64,000 bases of DNA from Candidatus Multivorans sp. (GCA_965238135.1 OZ250177.1:3045593-3109592), one strand, 5' to 3'. Positions 38,694-49,165 are shown, counted from the stretch's first letter. A program made the numbers and translations. The notes: a model not told the origin generated them from the sequence alone.

Positions 38694-40160
38694 ATGAGGC
38701 GACGCCCGGCCGGAACCCGCATCGCTGCCGGCGCCCTGGCCGTCGCGACCCTGGCCGCCGGCTGCTCCGAAGCGCCGCCGGTCCACCGCGGGCCGATCGT
38801 CCTGATCACGATCGACGCGCTGCGCGCCGACCTGGTCGGGAGCGGCCTGATGCCGCACCTCGACCGTCTGGCCGCCGACGCGGACTGGGCCGGCACAGCG
38901 ATTGCGAGTTCGAGCTGGACGGTGCCGTCCATGGCATCGCTCTTCACCGGACGGCAACCCTGGCGGCATGGCAGTTGGCACAGCGCGCGCGCTCGTCTCC
39001 GGGACGACCTGCCGACCCTGCCGGAGATCCTGCGCGATCTCGGTTTCCAGAACGCGGCCTTCCGCTCGAACAGTTGGCTCACCCAGACCTTCGGCTACGT
39101 TCGCGGTTTCGAACGCTTCGGCCCGGTGGCCCGGATGGAGCGCGTGACCGAGATTCTCCGCGCCCTGGACGGGGGACCCCAGTTCGTGTGGATGCACGTG
39201 CTGCCCCCGCACGCGCCCTACCTCCTCCATGCTCCGTACCTCGACCGCCTGACGGCGCCGCGCGACGACCTGCCGGAGCGGATCACGCCCCTGCAGATGA
39301 GGCCGTTCGCCGATCCGGACATCCCCCTCGACCCGGATCACCGTGAGCGCGCCTGGCAGCTCTACCAACTGAACGCGGCCTACGCCGACGCCCAGGTCGG
39401 CGCGATGCTGGAGGCGCTGCGCGAGAGCGGGCACTTCGACGACGCCTTGATCGCCGTGACCTCGGACCACGGCGAGGAGTTCGGCGAGAACGGCCAAGTC
39501 CTGCACGGCAACAGCCTGCACCGGGTGCTGATCGAGGTGCCGCTGATCGTCAAGCTGCCGGCCGGCTGGACCCGGCCGCTCGACCCCGGACCTGTGGTCG
39601 CCAACTATCGCCTCTTCTCGACCCTGATCGCGGCCGCGGGAGGGACGCCGCCTCCGGGCAGTCCGCCGAGCCTGTTCGAACCGAGCCCTGCCGGCGCGCT
39701 GTCGGAGCTCTACGTGGGCAACGGCACAAACCATCTGTCCCTGGTCGAGGACGGGCGCCAGCTCGTGTGGAAGAGCCGGTTCGCGCCAGCCGAGGACCGG
39801 TACTACGAGTCGATGTTCGTCCTGGCGGGTGGCGAACCGCCTGGCCCCCTCGCCGAGAAGCCCGAAGAGCTCGTAGCCCGGCTCGAGCGGCAGTTCGAGG
39901 CAGCCCCGCCGCTGATGGGCGCACCGGGGACCCGGCCTCAACTCGAGTCGTTCGAGTGGTCCGCGGACGGAACGGTCCGGCCCGTTCCCGCCGAAGACGA
40001 CTTCGCTCGCCGCCTGCAGAGTCGCTGGCAGTCGGCGAACGGCGTGGACCGGGCGGTCCTGCTGGCCGAGCGCGGCGAACCGGAGATCACACCGGAGGAA
40101 CTGGAGCGGCTGAAGGCGCTGGGGTACGTGGTGACGTCGCCGAGGAAGCGAACGCCCTGA
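38694..40160 (+). CDS. Sulfatase-like (alkaline phosphatase superfamily) lipoprotein
   Basis: LAAGC lipobox, ITIDALRAD, WTVPSMASLFTG, PPHAPY, SDHGE, C-terminal ERLKALGY. Confidence 0.85.
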   Translation: MRRRPAGTRIAAGALAVATLAAGCSEAPPVHRGPIVLITIDALRADLVGSGLMPHLDRLAADADWAGTAIASSSWTVPSMASLFTGRQPWRHGSWHSARARLRDDLPTLPEILRDLGFQNAAFRSNSWLTQTFGYVRGFERFGPVARMERVTEILRALDGGPQFVWMHVLPPHAPYLLHAPYLDRLTAPRDDLPERITPLQMRPFADPDIPLDPDHRERAWQLYQLNAAYADAQVGAMLEALRESGHFDDALIAVTSDHGEEFGENGQVLHGNSLHRVLIEVPLIVKLPAGWTRPLDPGPVVANYRLFSTLIAAAGGTPPPGSPPSLFEPSPAGALSELYVGNGTNHLSLVEDGRQLVWKSRFAPAEDRYYESMFVLAGGEPPGPLAEKPEELVARLERQFEAAPPLMGAPGTRPQLESFEWSADGTVRPVPAEDDFARRLQSRWQSANGVDRAVLLAERGEPEITPEELERLKALGYVVTSPRKRTP

Positions 40161-40197
40161 GTGCCGGCCGCGACGCGCTCCCGGGCGCGCCAGCGGC

Positions 40198-40929
40198 TCA
40201 GAGCCGCGGTTTGAGGGCGGGCCGGAGCCGCAGGTCGACCACTTCGGCCGACCGCGGCAGCGCCGCAGCCTCGACGATCGCCGACGCGACGTCGACCGGA
40301 TCGAGGAAGCGCTCCGCGTCGTAGTGCTGGCCCAGGCCGCGGCAGACCTCCTGTTGCATACGGCTCCGGGTGCGGCCGGGATAGACGCTCAGCACGCGAA
40401 CGCCGTCCGCGTTGACCTCGGCGCGCAGGGCATCCGCCAGGGCCCTCAGGGCGTGCTTGCTGGCGGCATACGCGGCGCTCCCCGCCCCGGCCACAAGCCC
40501 CGCCGTCGAGTTGACGAACACGACCAGGCCGCCGCGCCGGCGGAGACCGGGAAGCAGCCGCCGGGTCAAGAGGTAGGGAGCGCGCGCGTTGACCGCGAGC
40601 TGGAGGTCGAGGTCACCGGCCGGCGCCGTCTCGAAGGCGCCCGCGCGAAAGGCGCCCGCGGCATGCACCAGCAGATCGATGCCGTCGCCGAGCGACTCCG
40701 ACTCCGCCCCGGCGGCGTCGATCACAGCGGCTTCGGTCAGGTCGCCGGCGACGGTTCGAATGACGCCGCCCGCGCCCTCCAGTTCGCCGGCGGCCACCAC
40801 CAGACGCGCCCCGTCCCGACCCAGAAGCACCAGGGAAGCGCCCTCCGCCGCCAGCCGGCGAGCGACGGCGCCGCCGATCGCTCCCGTGGCGCCGGCCACG
40901 ACCGCGATCCGCTCGGCAAATCTCGACAC
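40198..40929 (-). CDS. Short-chain dehydrogenase/reductase
   Basis: GATGAIG, HAAG, NST, YAASK. Confidence 0.9.
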   Translation of the reverse strand: MSRFAERIAVVAGATGAIGGAVARRLAAEGASLVLLGRDGARLVVAAGELEGAGGVIRTVAGDLTEAAVIDAAGAESESLGDGIDLLVHAAGAFRAGAFETAPAGDLDLQLAVNARAPYLLTRRLLPGLRRRGGLVVFVNSTAGLVAGAGSAAYAASKHALRALADALRAEVNADGVRVLSVYPGRTRSRMQQEVCRGLGQHYDAERFLDPVDVASAIVEAAALPRSAEVVDLRLRPALKPRL

Positions 40930-40932
40930 CCG

Positions 40933-40966
40933 CGGAGCTTACCGGCCTGCTGCCCGGTAAGCTCCG
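40933..40966. promoter_or_regulatory. 13-bp inverted repeat carrying back-to-back -10 boxes of two divergent genes
   Basis: CGGAGCTTACCGG-8 nt-CCGGTAAGCTCCG; TAAGCT lies 6-7 nt before each start codon. Confidence 0.55.
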
Positions 40967-40970
40967 ACCG

Positions 40971-42023
40971 ATGCGAAGGCCGCTCTGCCTGACGCTGGCG
41001 TTCCTTGCCTGGAGCGCCGGGTTCCCGCCGGGTCTCGCCGCCGACGGGCTGACCGCCTATCAGGGACAGGACTGGGCTTACCTGCAGGCGACGGCCGGGC
41101 GCCCGACCCTGTGGCTGGGCCCCGACCAGGCAGTGGAACTGCCGGCGACGGCGCCGCCGGTGACGTCCGTCCGCTACGACGATCTGGTGCTGCTCGGCCG
41201 CGACCCCGACGGCGTGCAGGAATGGGCGGTAGCGGGAGTCGCCGTGGACAGGAACCGACCCCGCCTCAGGCTCTACCGCGGCCGCGACGGCCGGATCCGC
41301 GCTCTGCCTCCGCCCGACCGCCCGACCGGCGCGATCCAGATGGCCTCCGCGCGCTGGCTGGCGGCCGCCGGCGCGGCGCCCGTGCAGGGACTCGCCTGGC
41401 TCGAGGCAACCCGGCCCCGCGCCCAGGAGGTGTGGCTGTCTCCCTACCGCGACGGAGAGTTCGAGCCGGCGACCCGCCTGGTCGGCGCCGGGCCTGGATC
41501 GCAGACCGCGCTCGACGCCGCTGTGCTCGCCGACGGCTCCTGGCTGCTCGTGTGGTCCGCCTTCGACGGCAACGACGACGATCTGGTCTGGCGGCAAGGG
41601 CAGCCGGACGGAAGCTGGACCGGAGGCCGCGTCTCGCCGGACAACCGGGCGCCCGACATCACGCCCCGGCTGCTGGTCACCGCGGACGGCGCCGCGGTGG
41701 CCTGGAGCCGCTACGACGGGAGCGTCTACCGGGTGCGGACGGCCCGGTTCGAACAGGGAGAGTGGCGGGACGAGAGGTGGGCGGCGCCGCCCGACTCGCT
41801 CTACCCCGAGTGGGTCGGGAACGGTGACACGCTCCTCTTCCTCCGTGGGGCGACGCGAACGTGGACTGCGGCCGGACCCGGGTCGTTCGTGGACTTCGCG
41901 GCGCCCTCGGAAACACCGCCCGTCGTCGACCTGGACCCCTCCTCGGGTCTCCTGCGCGCGCACTGGCCCGAGGCCGGCGGCTGGCGGTCGGCGTCCGGGA
42001 CGCCGCCCGGAGTCCGACCGTGA
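40971..42023 (+). CDS. Secreted hypothetical protein (beta-propeller-like repeats)
   Basis: Signal peptide; repeated LAW/VWS/VAWS strands; stop overlaps the next GTG. Confidence 0.65.
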   Translation: MRRPLCLTLAFLAWSAGFPPGLAADGLTAYQGQDWAYLQATAGRPTLWLGPDQAVELPATAPPVTSVRYDDLVLLGRDPDGVQEWAVAGVAVDRNRPRLRLYRGRDGRIRALPPPDRPTGAIQMASARWLAAAGAAPVQGLAWLEATRPRAQEVWLSPYRDGEFEPATRLVGAGPGSQTALDAAVLADGSWLLVWSAFDGNDDDLVWRQGQPDGSWTGGRVSPDNRAPDITPRLLVTADGAAVAWSRYDGSVYRVRTARFEQGEWRDERWAAPPDSLYPEWVGNGDTLLFLRGATRTWTAAGPGSFVDFAAPSETPPVVDLDPSSGLLRAHWPEAGGWRSASGTPPGVRP

Positions 42024-44353
42024 CCGCGGGAGCGGCAGGGTTGACCAGACGGCTGCGGTCTCTGCTCCGGCGCCGCGAGGGACTGTTCGCCAGCCGGCCC
42101 ACGGTCGTGACCCTGGCCGCTCTGAGTTGCTTCCTGCTCACTGTCCCGCTCACGATCGGTAAACCCGGCCAGCCACCGACGCTGAAGGCCGACGAGCCGG
42201 CCTACTACCTGATGGCGCTGAGCCTCGCCCGCGACTTCGACCTGCGCTACCTGCCGGCGGACGGCGACCGGCTGCTGGAGGAGTTCCCCTTCGCCTCCAC
42301 CCACAACCTGATCCTGATGACGTCCGACGGCTGGAGCACCGCGCACTACGGCAAGCCGCTCGCCTACCCGCTGTTCGCCGCTCCCTTCGCGGCGCTCTTC
42401 GGCGCCAACGGCATGGTGTTCCTCAACATGGCGCTGTTCGTCGCCATGCTGTGGCTGGCCGCGGTGTTCCTCGCCCGCCGCACCGCGCCCGCAACTGCCG
42501 CCGCATTTGCCTGCGGCCTGTTGCTGCTCTCGGCATGCTCCCGCTACGTGTTCTGGCTGCAGCCCGAGGTGTTCAACATGTTCGGCGTCTTCGGCGCGCT
42601 GTACTGGGGCTTCGAGAACCGCCGCCGCACCCTGTGGCTGACCGCCCTCTCCGGCGTGCTGCTCGCGCTCCCCACCTACAACAAGCCGATGTTCGCCGCC
42701 CTCGCCCTCGCCCTCGCGGGCGCCTTCCTGCTGCGCCGGCAGTGGCGGACGGCGGCCGTCTGGACCGCCGGCTTCGCCGTCACCCTGGCGCTGCTGGCGG
42801 CGATGTCCCAGCGCATGACGGGCCAGATCCTGCCCTACCTCGGGTCCGACGTGCGGGCCGCGGTGCGGGTGTGCGAGCCCGGCGGCTGGCCGCCGGAGAT
42901 CATCGAGGCGCGCCGGATCGAGGAGGCGCAACGCGCCGGCGAGCCGGGACCGGCCGCCGGCTCGACGAGTGCGAACGCGATCCCCGAGTCCCCGACCGGC
43001 AACGCGTTCACGTGGCTGTTCCGCATCCCGCGCCAGTCGGTGGGGGAGGTGGTCGAGAACATCGGCTACTTCCTGGTCGGCCGGCACGCCGGCCTGCTGC
43101 CCTACCACCCCTTCACCGGCATCGCCCTGGCTCTGTTCCTGCTCCGCGGTCGCCGCGACCGGGACCGCTGGCTGCTGCTCCTGTCCCTGGTTGCGGTCGC
43201 CGGCTACTTCCTGGTCTTCATCGGCTGGAACTGGCAGGGCGGCGGCGGCTTCGTCGGCAACCGCTACTTCGTCAGCGTCGTCCCGGCCTTCCTGTTCCTG
43301 GTCCCGGGCCGGATCCCGCCCTGGACGCTGCCGGCGGGCTTCACCGCGGCCGGGCTCTTCGCCGGCGCCATGGTGCTGGCGCCCTTCGGCGTCACCGTGC
43401 CCTCGCCGACGCTGCAGGCGCACACCCGCAACGCACCGCTCCGCTATCTGCCGCTCGAACTGTCGCTGCGCAACGTGCCCGGCTACGAGAGGAGGGCGGC
43501 GGCCGGCATGTCCGTCATGGGACGGGCGGACCGGGTGTTGGCGCGGGGCGGGTCCTGGTGGGTCGCTGCCCGCGGCCCGAGCGAGATCCTGATCGAGTCC
43601 CGGCAGCGATTCGACAGCCTGGTGCTCGGCGTCTCCTCGCCGGTCGCTCCGAACACCCTGCGGCTGCGCCTCGACGGCGGCGCCAGGGTCGACGTGGAGG
43701 TCACCGAAGCAGACAAGGCCCAACGGGTGACGCTCCGCTCCGGGAAGCCCCACAAGGTGAGACGGCGGGACGGCCATCGGAGCTATGTCCACCGTCTGAG
43801 GGTCGAGACTGCCCGCGGCGCGCCGACCAAGTGGACCAAGGTCCGGCCGCCCGCCCCGTGCGCCGTCTACGCCTGGAACCGGGAGACCGAGGAGACCTTC
43901 TACCTCGGCGCCGAGTTGCGAATCCTGGGTAGCGAGGAGCACTTGAACGCCGATGTCTTTGCGGCCCGGATCGGCACCGTGGGCCTGGTGCCGGCAACGC
44001 TTCCCGCGGGCGCCCAAGTCCAGCTCTCCGTGGGTGTGAGCAACGAGTCGAACGTGGCGTGGGAGCGCCAGGGCGCCGTGGGAGTCAACCTGGGCGCCCG
44101 CTGGCGTCAGGGAATCGTGGCCGCGGAAGGCGACGACGCGGAACCCGGCCTCCAGATCGGCCCGGAGGGCCCGCGCAGCCTGCTGCCGCACATGAGCCCG
44201 GGCGCCTTCGAGACGATCACGCTACCGGTCCGCGCGCCGGACGCAGCAGGCGACTACACGCTCGAGATCGACCTGGTCTACGAGCAGGTCGCCTGGTTTG
44301 CCGGGCGGGGTGTCGTGCCGCTGCGGCTGCCGATAAGGGTCGTGGAGCCCTAG
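42020..44353 (+). CDS. Multi-TM GT-C-like membrane glycosyltransferase with C-terminal Ig-like domain
   Basis: KADEPAYY after TM1, many TM helices, GGGFVGNRYF, C-terminal V.NES..W..LGARW..APDAAGDYTLEIDLV. Confidence 0.65.
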   Translation: MTAGAAGLTRRLRSLLRRREGLFASRPTVVTLAALSCFLLTVPLTIGKPGQPPTLKADEPAYYLMALSLARDFDLRYLPADGDRLLEEFPFASTHNLILMTSDGWSTAHYGKPLAYPLFAAPFAALFGANGMVFLNMALFVAMLWLAAVFLARRTAPATAAAFACGLLLLSACSRYVFWLQPEVFNMFGVFGALYWGFENRRRTLWLTALSGVLLALPTYNKPMFAALALALAGAFLLRRQWRTAAVWTAGFAVTLALLAAMSQRMTGQILPYLGSDVRAAVRVCEPGGWPPEIIEARRIEEAQRAGEPGPAAGSTSANAIPESPTGNAFTWLFRIPRQSVGEVVENIGYFLVGRHAGLLPYHPFTGIALALFLLRGRRDRDRWLLLLSLVAVAGYFLVFIGWNWQGGGGFVGNRYFVSVVPAFLFLVPGRIPPWTLPAGFTAAGLFAGAMVLAPFGVTVPSPTLQAHTRNAPLRYLPLELSLRNVPGYERRAAAGMSVMGRADRVLARGGSWWVAARGPSEILIESRQRFDSLVLGVSSPVAPNTLRLRLDGGARVDVEVTEADKAQRVTLRSGKPHKVRRRDGHRSYVHRLRVETARGAPTKWTKVRPPAPCAVYAWNRETEETFYLGAELRILGSEEHLNADVFAARIGTVGLVPATLPAGAQVQLSVGVSNESNVAWERQGAVGVNLGARWRQGIVAAEGDDAEPGLQIGPEGPRSLLPHMSPGAFETITLPVRAPDAAGDYTLEIDLVYEQVAWFAGRGVVPLRLPIRVVEP

Positions 44354-45744
44354 TCCACCGCCTCCAGCAACCCCGCCTCACGCAGCACCTCCGCCACCTC
44401 GCTGATCACGTCGAACGGTAGCCTCGAGCGCTCCGCGATGTCGAGCAGGGAGTGCTCGCCGTCACTCTGGTTGAGCACCCACAACATGGCAATCTCCCGC
44501 TCCTTGCGGCCGGCGCCGCCGAGGCCGCCGTAGAGCCCGCGGCGACCGAGCTGGGGTTCGCCGAAGGGCTCGAGGTTGCGGTAGCGGCGGTCCCTGGTGT
44601 TCTGGGCCGGGGACTGGGCCTGGGCCGGGGCCGGGGCCTGGAGGCCGATCGGGGTGCTCTGGTCGGTGTTCTCCTCCAGCACCGCGGCGGTCGCCAGGTA
44701 GGCGGCGAGCGAACCGGCGAGGGCGTCGGCGCCGATGAAGCTGAGATCGTCGGCGGACGTGTGGTACTCGGGGTAGCGGCCCCAGGGGGTGCGGGTCAAG
44801 ACACCGACCGGCAGGTCGAAGCCGGGGGAGCAGTACTGGCGTTCGTCGTAGCCGAAGGGGAAGAAGTCCTCGGTGGCGAGTTCCTCGCTCAGTCCGCTCA
44901 GGGCGGCGGCCACGGCGCGGTCGATCTCGGTGTCGCCGCGGCGGCTTTTCTTGTAGTGGAAGCCGCCCGCGTCGCCGAGGTTGGCGGCGATCAGGCCGTG
45001 GCGGAACACATCGAGTCGCTCCCGGTTCTGCGCCAGCCAGGCGATCGCGCCGATGCCGCCCGGGGCGAACAGGAAGCGGTGGCTGTAGCGGCGCTCCGAG
45101 ACCCCGGCCAGGGCCTCGGCGAGATGGACCGCGACCGCGATCCCGGAGAGGTTGTCGTTGGCCAGTTGGGGATGGCAGACGTGGCTGGAGATCACCACCT
45201 CTTCGGCGCTCGACCCCGGCAGCAGGCACTCGCCCCAGGCCATCGAGCCGTCTTCGAGCGAGGCGTCGATGAACACTTCGTACTCCCCGTCCGGGAGAGA
45301 TTCGAGGAGTTGGTGGGGCAAGCAAAAGCCCCATCCCTCCTCGTAGTAGGAGGTGCGGTACGGGATCAGTTCGGGTTGCTCCGGCAGGCTGTGCAGGTGG
45401 GGACGCAGCTCGTCGAGCGTCATCCCGCGGTGGACCGGGACGCTGTAGCCCACGAGGTGCAGGTTGTGATCAGCGAAGTCGACGATCCGGCGCCCAGAGG
45501 GATCCCGGATCCAGGCCGCGCGCGGATTCCACTCGCGCGGCACGGTCCAGTCGAGCACCTGCGTGCCGGTGGCGAGTTCGTGGAGTTCGAGCGGGATTCG
45601 CCGGCCGATCCGTTCGAGGGTGGCGCGGACGCCGTCGCCGGTCAGGCTGCGGCGGATGGGGTAGAGCTCGGTCGCGAACTCCACCATGGACTTCCCAGCC
45701 CCCTCGCGGTCGAGGGCGGAAAGAGCCTGCCGGACGGTGGACAT
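44350..45744 (-). CDS. DUF4910 (DUF2172) aminopeptidase-like polysaccharide biosynthesis protein
   Basis: RSLTGDGVRATL, DWTVPREW, IPYRTSYY, HVCHP.LANDNLSG, GYDERQYCSPG, EYHTSADD. Confidence 0.88.
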   Translation of the reverse strand: MSTVRQALSALDREGAGKSMVEFATELYPIRRSLTGDGVRATLERIGRRIPLELHELATGTQVLDWTVPREWNPRAAWIRDPSGRRIVDFADHNLHLVGYSVPVHRGMTLDELRPHLHSLPEQPELIPYRTSYYEEGWGFCLPHQLLESLPDGEYEVFIDASLEDGSMAWGECLLPGSSAEEVVISSHVCHPQLANDNLSGIAVAVHLAEALAGVSERRYSHRFLFAPGGIGAIAWLAQNRERLDVFRHGLIAANLGDAGGFHYKKSRRGDTEIDRAVAAALSGLSEELATEDFFPFGYDERQYCSPGFDLPVGVLTRTPWGRYPEYHTSADDLSFIGADALAGSLAAYLATAAVLEENTDQSTPIGLQAPAPAQAQSPAQNTRDRRYRNLEPFGEPQLGRRGLYGGLGGAGRKEREIAMLWVLNQSDGEHSLLDIAERSRLPFDVISEVAEVLREAGLLEAVD

Positions 45745-45818
45745 GGGCCTATTCTGCGCGAAACGCAGGCGGCCGGGTGACGCCGGCGGCCGAAGGACGG
45801 CGACCGCTTCACTCAAAG

Positions 45819-47668
45819 CTACAAGTAGCCCATCGCCTTGAGGCGTTCGATCTCCTGTCGCGTACGTTCGACGTCGGGGCCGCCCACGGTGTCCACGGGT
45901 TGCCAAGCGCGCCGGTAGGTCGCGATCCGGCCGAGAGCCCCGAGGTCCGGGGACTCGGTAAACGCGTCGTCCAGCACCCTGCCCTCGGCGTCGGCGGGCA
46001 CTGGCAGGCCGAGCAGCGCCAGGACGGTTGGGAAGACATCCAGCACCTGGCTGCTGTCGAGCCGGTGACCGCGGCGGACGCCGGGCCCGTGGAGCAGCAG
46101 AACGCCGTCCGGCCCGTGCCGGTGCTGGGTGTAGAGACGATGGACGAAGGTCGGCGCCTGGCCATGGTCCGAGGCGATCACGAAGACCGTCTCTGGGCCG
46201 AGGGCGCGCCGCAGCTCGCCGACCAGGGCGTCGATCCGCCGGTAGACGTCCGCCACCGCCTCGCCGTGGTCGTCGATGCCGGTCGGCGACACGAAGGGAA
46301 ACCGCTCCGGCTCGGACCAGCGCCAGCGCTGGTGCGAAACGGTGTCCGGCTCGTGGGTATAGAGACTGAAGAAGCGGGGCGGCGCCTGGCCGCGGCGCGC
46401 ACGGTCCTCGAGCAGCGCCACGGCCGCCCGGCTTTGCCACCTGAGGTCCGGCTGGCCGGCCGCCGCCGCCTCGACTTCCGGGGACAGATCGGACGGCTGG
46501 GCGAACCAGGCGACTGTTGAGTCTACGGACCCGGAGGCGGGCGAGACGCCCGCGTTCCCGGACTCGCCAGGGCGTCGTTCAAGCCGTAGGCGAGCAGTCG
46601 GCTTCCCGGATCGAGCTGGGGCTGGGCCGGGAAGGAGTAGAAGTAGCCGTCGACGACGGCGGTCGGAACACCCGCCCGGTCCGCGATCTCCCAGATCGGC
46701 GGCGACGGCAGATCGAGGCGGTTGACGAAGCGCCGCGAGATCCCAGGCGCCCAGGCGAGGAGATCGACCAACTCCTTGAAGTAGGTGCGGTGGACCGGAA
46801 ACAGGCCGGCGCCGGAACCGGGAAAGCGGACGCGGTAGAAGTCGTGGACGCGGTGGCGGTCGGGTGCTTCGCCGGTGTATAGCGAGGCCCAGATCACGGC
46901 CGAGTTCGCGCCGGGGAACGTTTCGAGACGGGCGAACGTTCCGTCGCGGACGAACTCCGCCAGGTTCGGAAGTTGGCCGTCGTCGATCAGCTCCGTCAGC
47001 AGGTCCGGGTCCATGCCGTCGAAGCCGAGGAGGGCAACTGGCGGAGCGGGGTGAGCGATGAGCGCCGTCGGGTCGAACGACGCCGGCTCGGCCACGGGCA
47101 GGAGCCGGAAGGCGATCGGCAGCGCGACGTGGGCGGCGGCGAGGACTGCCGCGGCCGCGGCCAGGAGTCGCCGAAGTTGCCCGGCGCCGGCAAGACGCCG
47201 GACACCGGCGGCGACCATCAGCGTCGCCAGCCAGACGACGCTGCCCAGCACGATGCCGGCGGCGATCAGGAACACCGCCATGCCGCCGAATGTCCGCGGC
47301 TCGAACCAGGGAACCTGCTCGTAGGTCAGGCCGTAGAAGACGACCGGTTGAAAGACGGCCAGGTTCAGGAGGCAAGCGGCCCAGACCACCGGGTCGCCGG
47401 TGAGCCTGAAGCGGGGGAACGCCGCCACCCGCAACACCCAGCCGAGAGCGCCCAGCACCGCTCCGACCCCGCAGCCGTAGAGCAGCGCAAACAGGACCAG
47501 CGACGCGAGCGCCGTGACCGGACTCTCGACCCGGTTGTGCAGAAGGTGGGCGACCGAGATGGGCCCCCCGAACAGCAGCGCACCGGACAACAGGCCGATT
47601 GTCGAGTCGCGCCGCCAGACGGCGAGGGTCGCACCGCTTGCCGGCGCCACCTGCGGACCTTCGCGCAC
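45819..47668 (-). pseudogene. Membrane-anchored alkaline phosphatase/nucleotide pyrophosphatase family protein, frameshifted near 46530-46570
   Basis: N-part (TMs, LGFDGMD, WASLYTG, PIWEI) stops at 46523; C-part in another frame has EPDTVSH, ASDHG, DVFPTVL, ERLKAMGYL. Confidence 0.75.
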
Positions 47669-47761
47669 AAACCCGGATGATACGGCAGCGCGTCGCTGCT
47701 AGGGTCGCGCTCCCCCGCGTGGCGATGCGGGCCCAAAAACGAGTGCTGGAAGGAGCCGGAC

Positions 47762-49045
47762 TTGGCGAACGTAGTCGTCGTCGGCATGCAGTGGGGCGAC
47801 GAGGGCAAGGGGAAGATCATCGACCTTCTGTGCCCCGGCTTCGACGCCGTGGTCCGTTTCCAGGGCGGCAACAATGCCGGCCATACGGTGAAGTTCGGCA
47901 GCGGCGAAGGCGACGAGCACTTCGCCCTGCACCTGATCCCGTCCGGCATCCTGCACCCGGGCATGGCCTGCTACCTCGGCAACGGAATGGTGATCGACCC
48001 GGAGGCCTTCCTGGCCGAGGTCGCCCAACTGGAGCAGCGCGGCATCGAGGCGGCGAGCCGGCTGCGCGTCTCCGACCGCGCCCACGCCCTGACGCCGGTC
48101 CACGTCGCGCTCGACCACGTGCGCGAGGAGGCGCGGGGCGCGGACCGCATCGGCACCACCGCCAAGGGCATCGGTCCGGCCTACGAGAGCAAGGTCAGCC
48201 GCACCGGCATCCGGTTGGCGGAACTCGCGTCCGAGGGCGCGCAGTTGGACCCGAAGGACGCCGAGGCGAACTTCGCCGGCTGGGCGGAGCGCCTGGCGCC
48301 CTACCTCTGCGACCTGTCGGTCGAACTGAACGATCTGATCGGGCGCGGAGGCAGAGTGTTGTTCGAGGGCGCGCAGGGCGCTCTGCTGGATGTCGACCAC
48401 GGCACCTATCCGTACGTCACGAGTTCGAACTCAACGGCCGGTGGAGCGGCCGTGGGCAGCGGGGTGCCGCCAACGGCGATCGACGGCGCGATCGGGGTGG
48501 TCAAGGCCTACACGACCCGGGTCGGCGAGGGGCCGATGCCCACCGAGCTCCTGGACGACACCGGCGCTCACCTCCGGGACCGCGGCCACGAGTTCGGCAC
48601 CACGACCGGACGGCCGCGCCGCTGCGGCTGGCTCGACCTGGTCGTCCTGCGCCACGCCGCCCGCGTCAACGGCGCCCGCTGCCTGGCGCTGACGAAGATC
48701 GACGTGCTCGACGAGCTCGACGAACTCAAGGTCTGCGTCGCCTACCGGATCGGCGGCGAAGTGGTACGCGATCTGCCGGCGGCAACCCAGCGGCTGGTTG
48801 GCGCCGAGCCCGTCTACCGCACCTTCGCCGGCTGGAAGCAGGACACGCGACGGGTCCTCGACCGCAGCGAGCTGCCACAGGCCGCGCTCGACTACATCGA
48901 CTTCCTGGAACAGGAACTCGACGCGAGCGCGGATCTGATCTCCTCCGGCCCGCGGCGGGAGGAGACCGTCGTCAGCGGCGACGGGCGGCTCGAGGGATGG
49001 CTGGGGGACCGGTTCTCGATGGTGCGCAAGGCCGTCGGCGGGTAG
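47762..49045 (+). CDS. purA: Adenylosuccinate synthetase
   Basis: QWGDEGKGK, GGNNAGHT, EGAQG, GTYPYVTSS, TTGRPRRCGW. Confidence 0.97.
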   Translation: MANVVVVGMQWGDEGKGKIIDLLCPGFDAVVRFQGGNNAGHTVKFGSGEGDEHFALHLIPSGILHPGMACYLGNGMVIDPEAFLAEVAQLEQRGIEAASRLRVSDRAHALTPVHVALDHVREEARGADRIGTTAKGIGPAYESKVSRTGIRLAELASEGAQLDPKDAEANFAGWAERLAPYLCDLSVELNDLIGRGGRVLFEGAQGALLDVDHGTYPYVTSSNSTAGGAAVGSGVPPTAIDGAIGVVKAYTTRVGEGPMPTELLDDTGAHLRDRGHEFGTTTGRPRRCGWLDLVVLRHAARVNGARCLALTKIDVLDELDELKVCVAYRIGGEVVRDLPAATQRLVGAEPVYRTFAGWKQDTRRVLDRSELPQAALDYIDFLEQELDASADLISSGPRREETVVSGDGRLEGWLGDRFSMVRKAVGG

Positions 49046-49064
49046 CGCGGACGTATACTGCGCT

Positions 49065-49140
49065 GGGCCGTTAGCTCAGTTGGTAGAGCAGTGGACTTTT
49101 AATCCAAGGGTCGGGGGTTCGATCCCCTCACGGCCCACCA
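49065..49140 (+). tRNA. tRNA-Lys(TTT)
   Basis: GGGCCGT/ACGGCCC acceptor stem, anticodon TTT, encoded CCA. Confidence 0.95.
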
Positions 49141-49165
49141 GGACCACCCCGGGGTCCGCCGCCCA

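Noticed and set aside
44600-44645. GGGGCC/GGGCCT microrepeat in the DUF4910 gene
   Set aside because: Short degenerate linker (QAPAPAQAQSPAQ), common in GC-rich genes.
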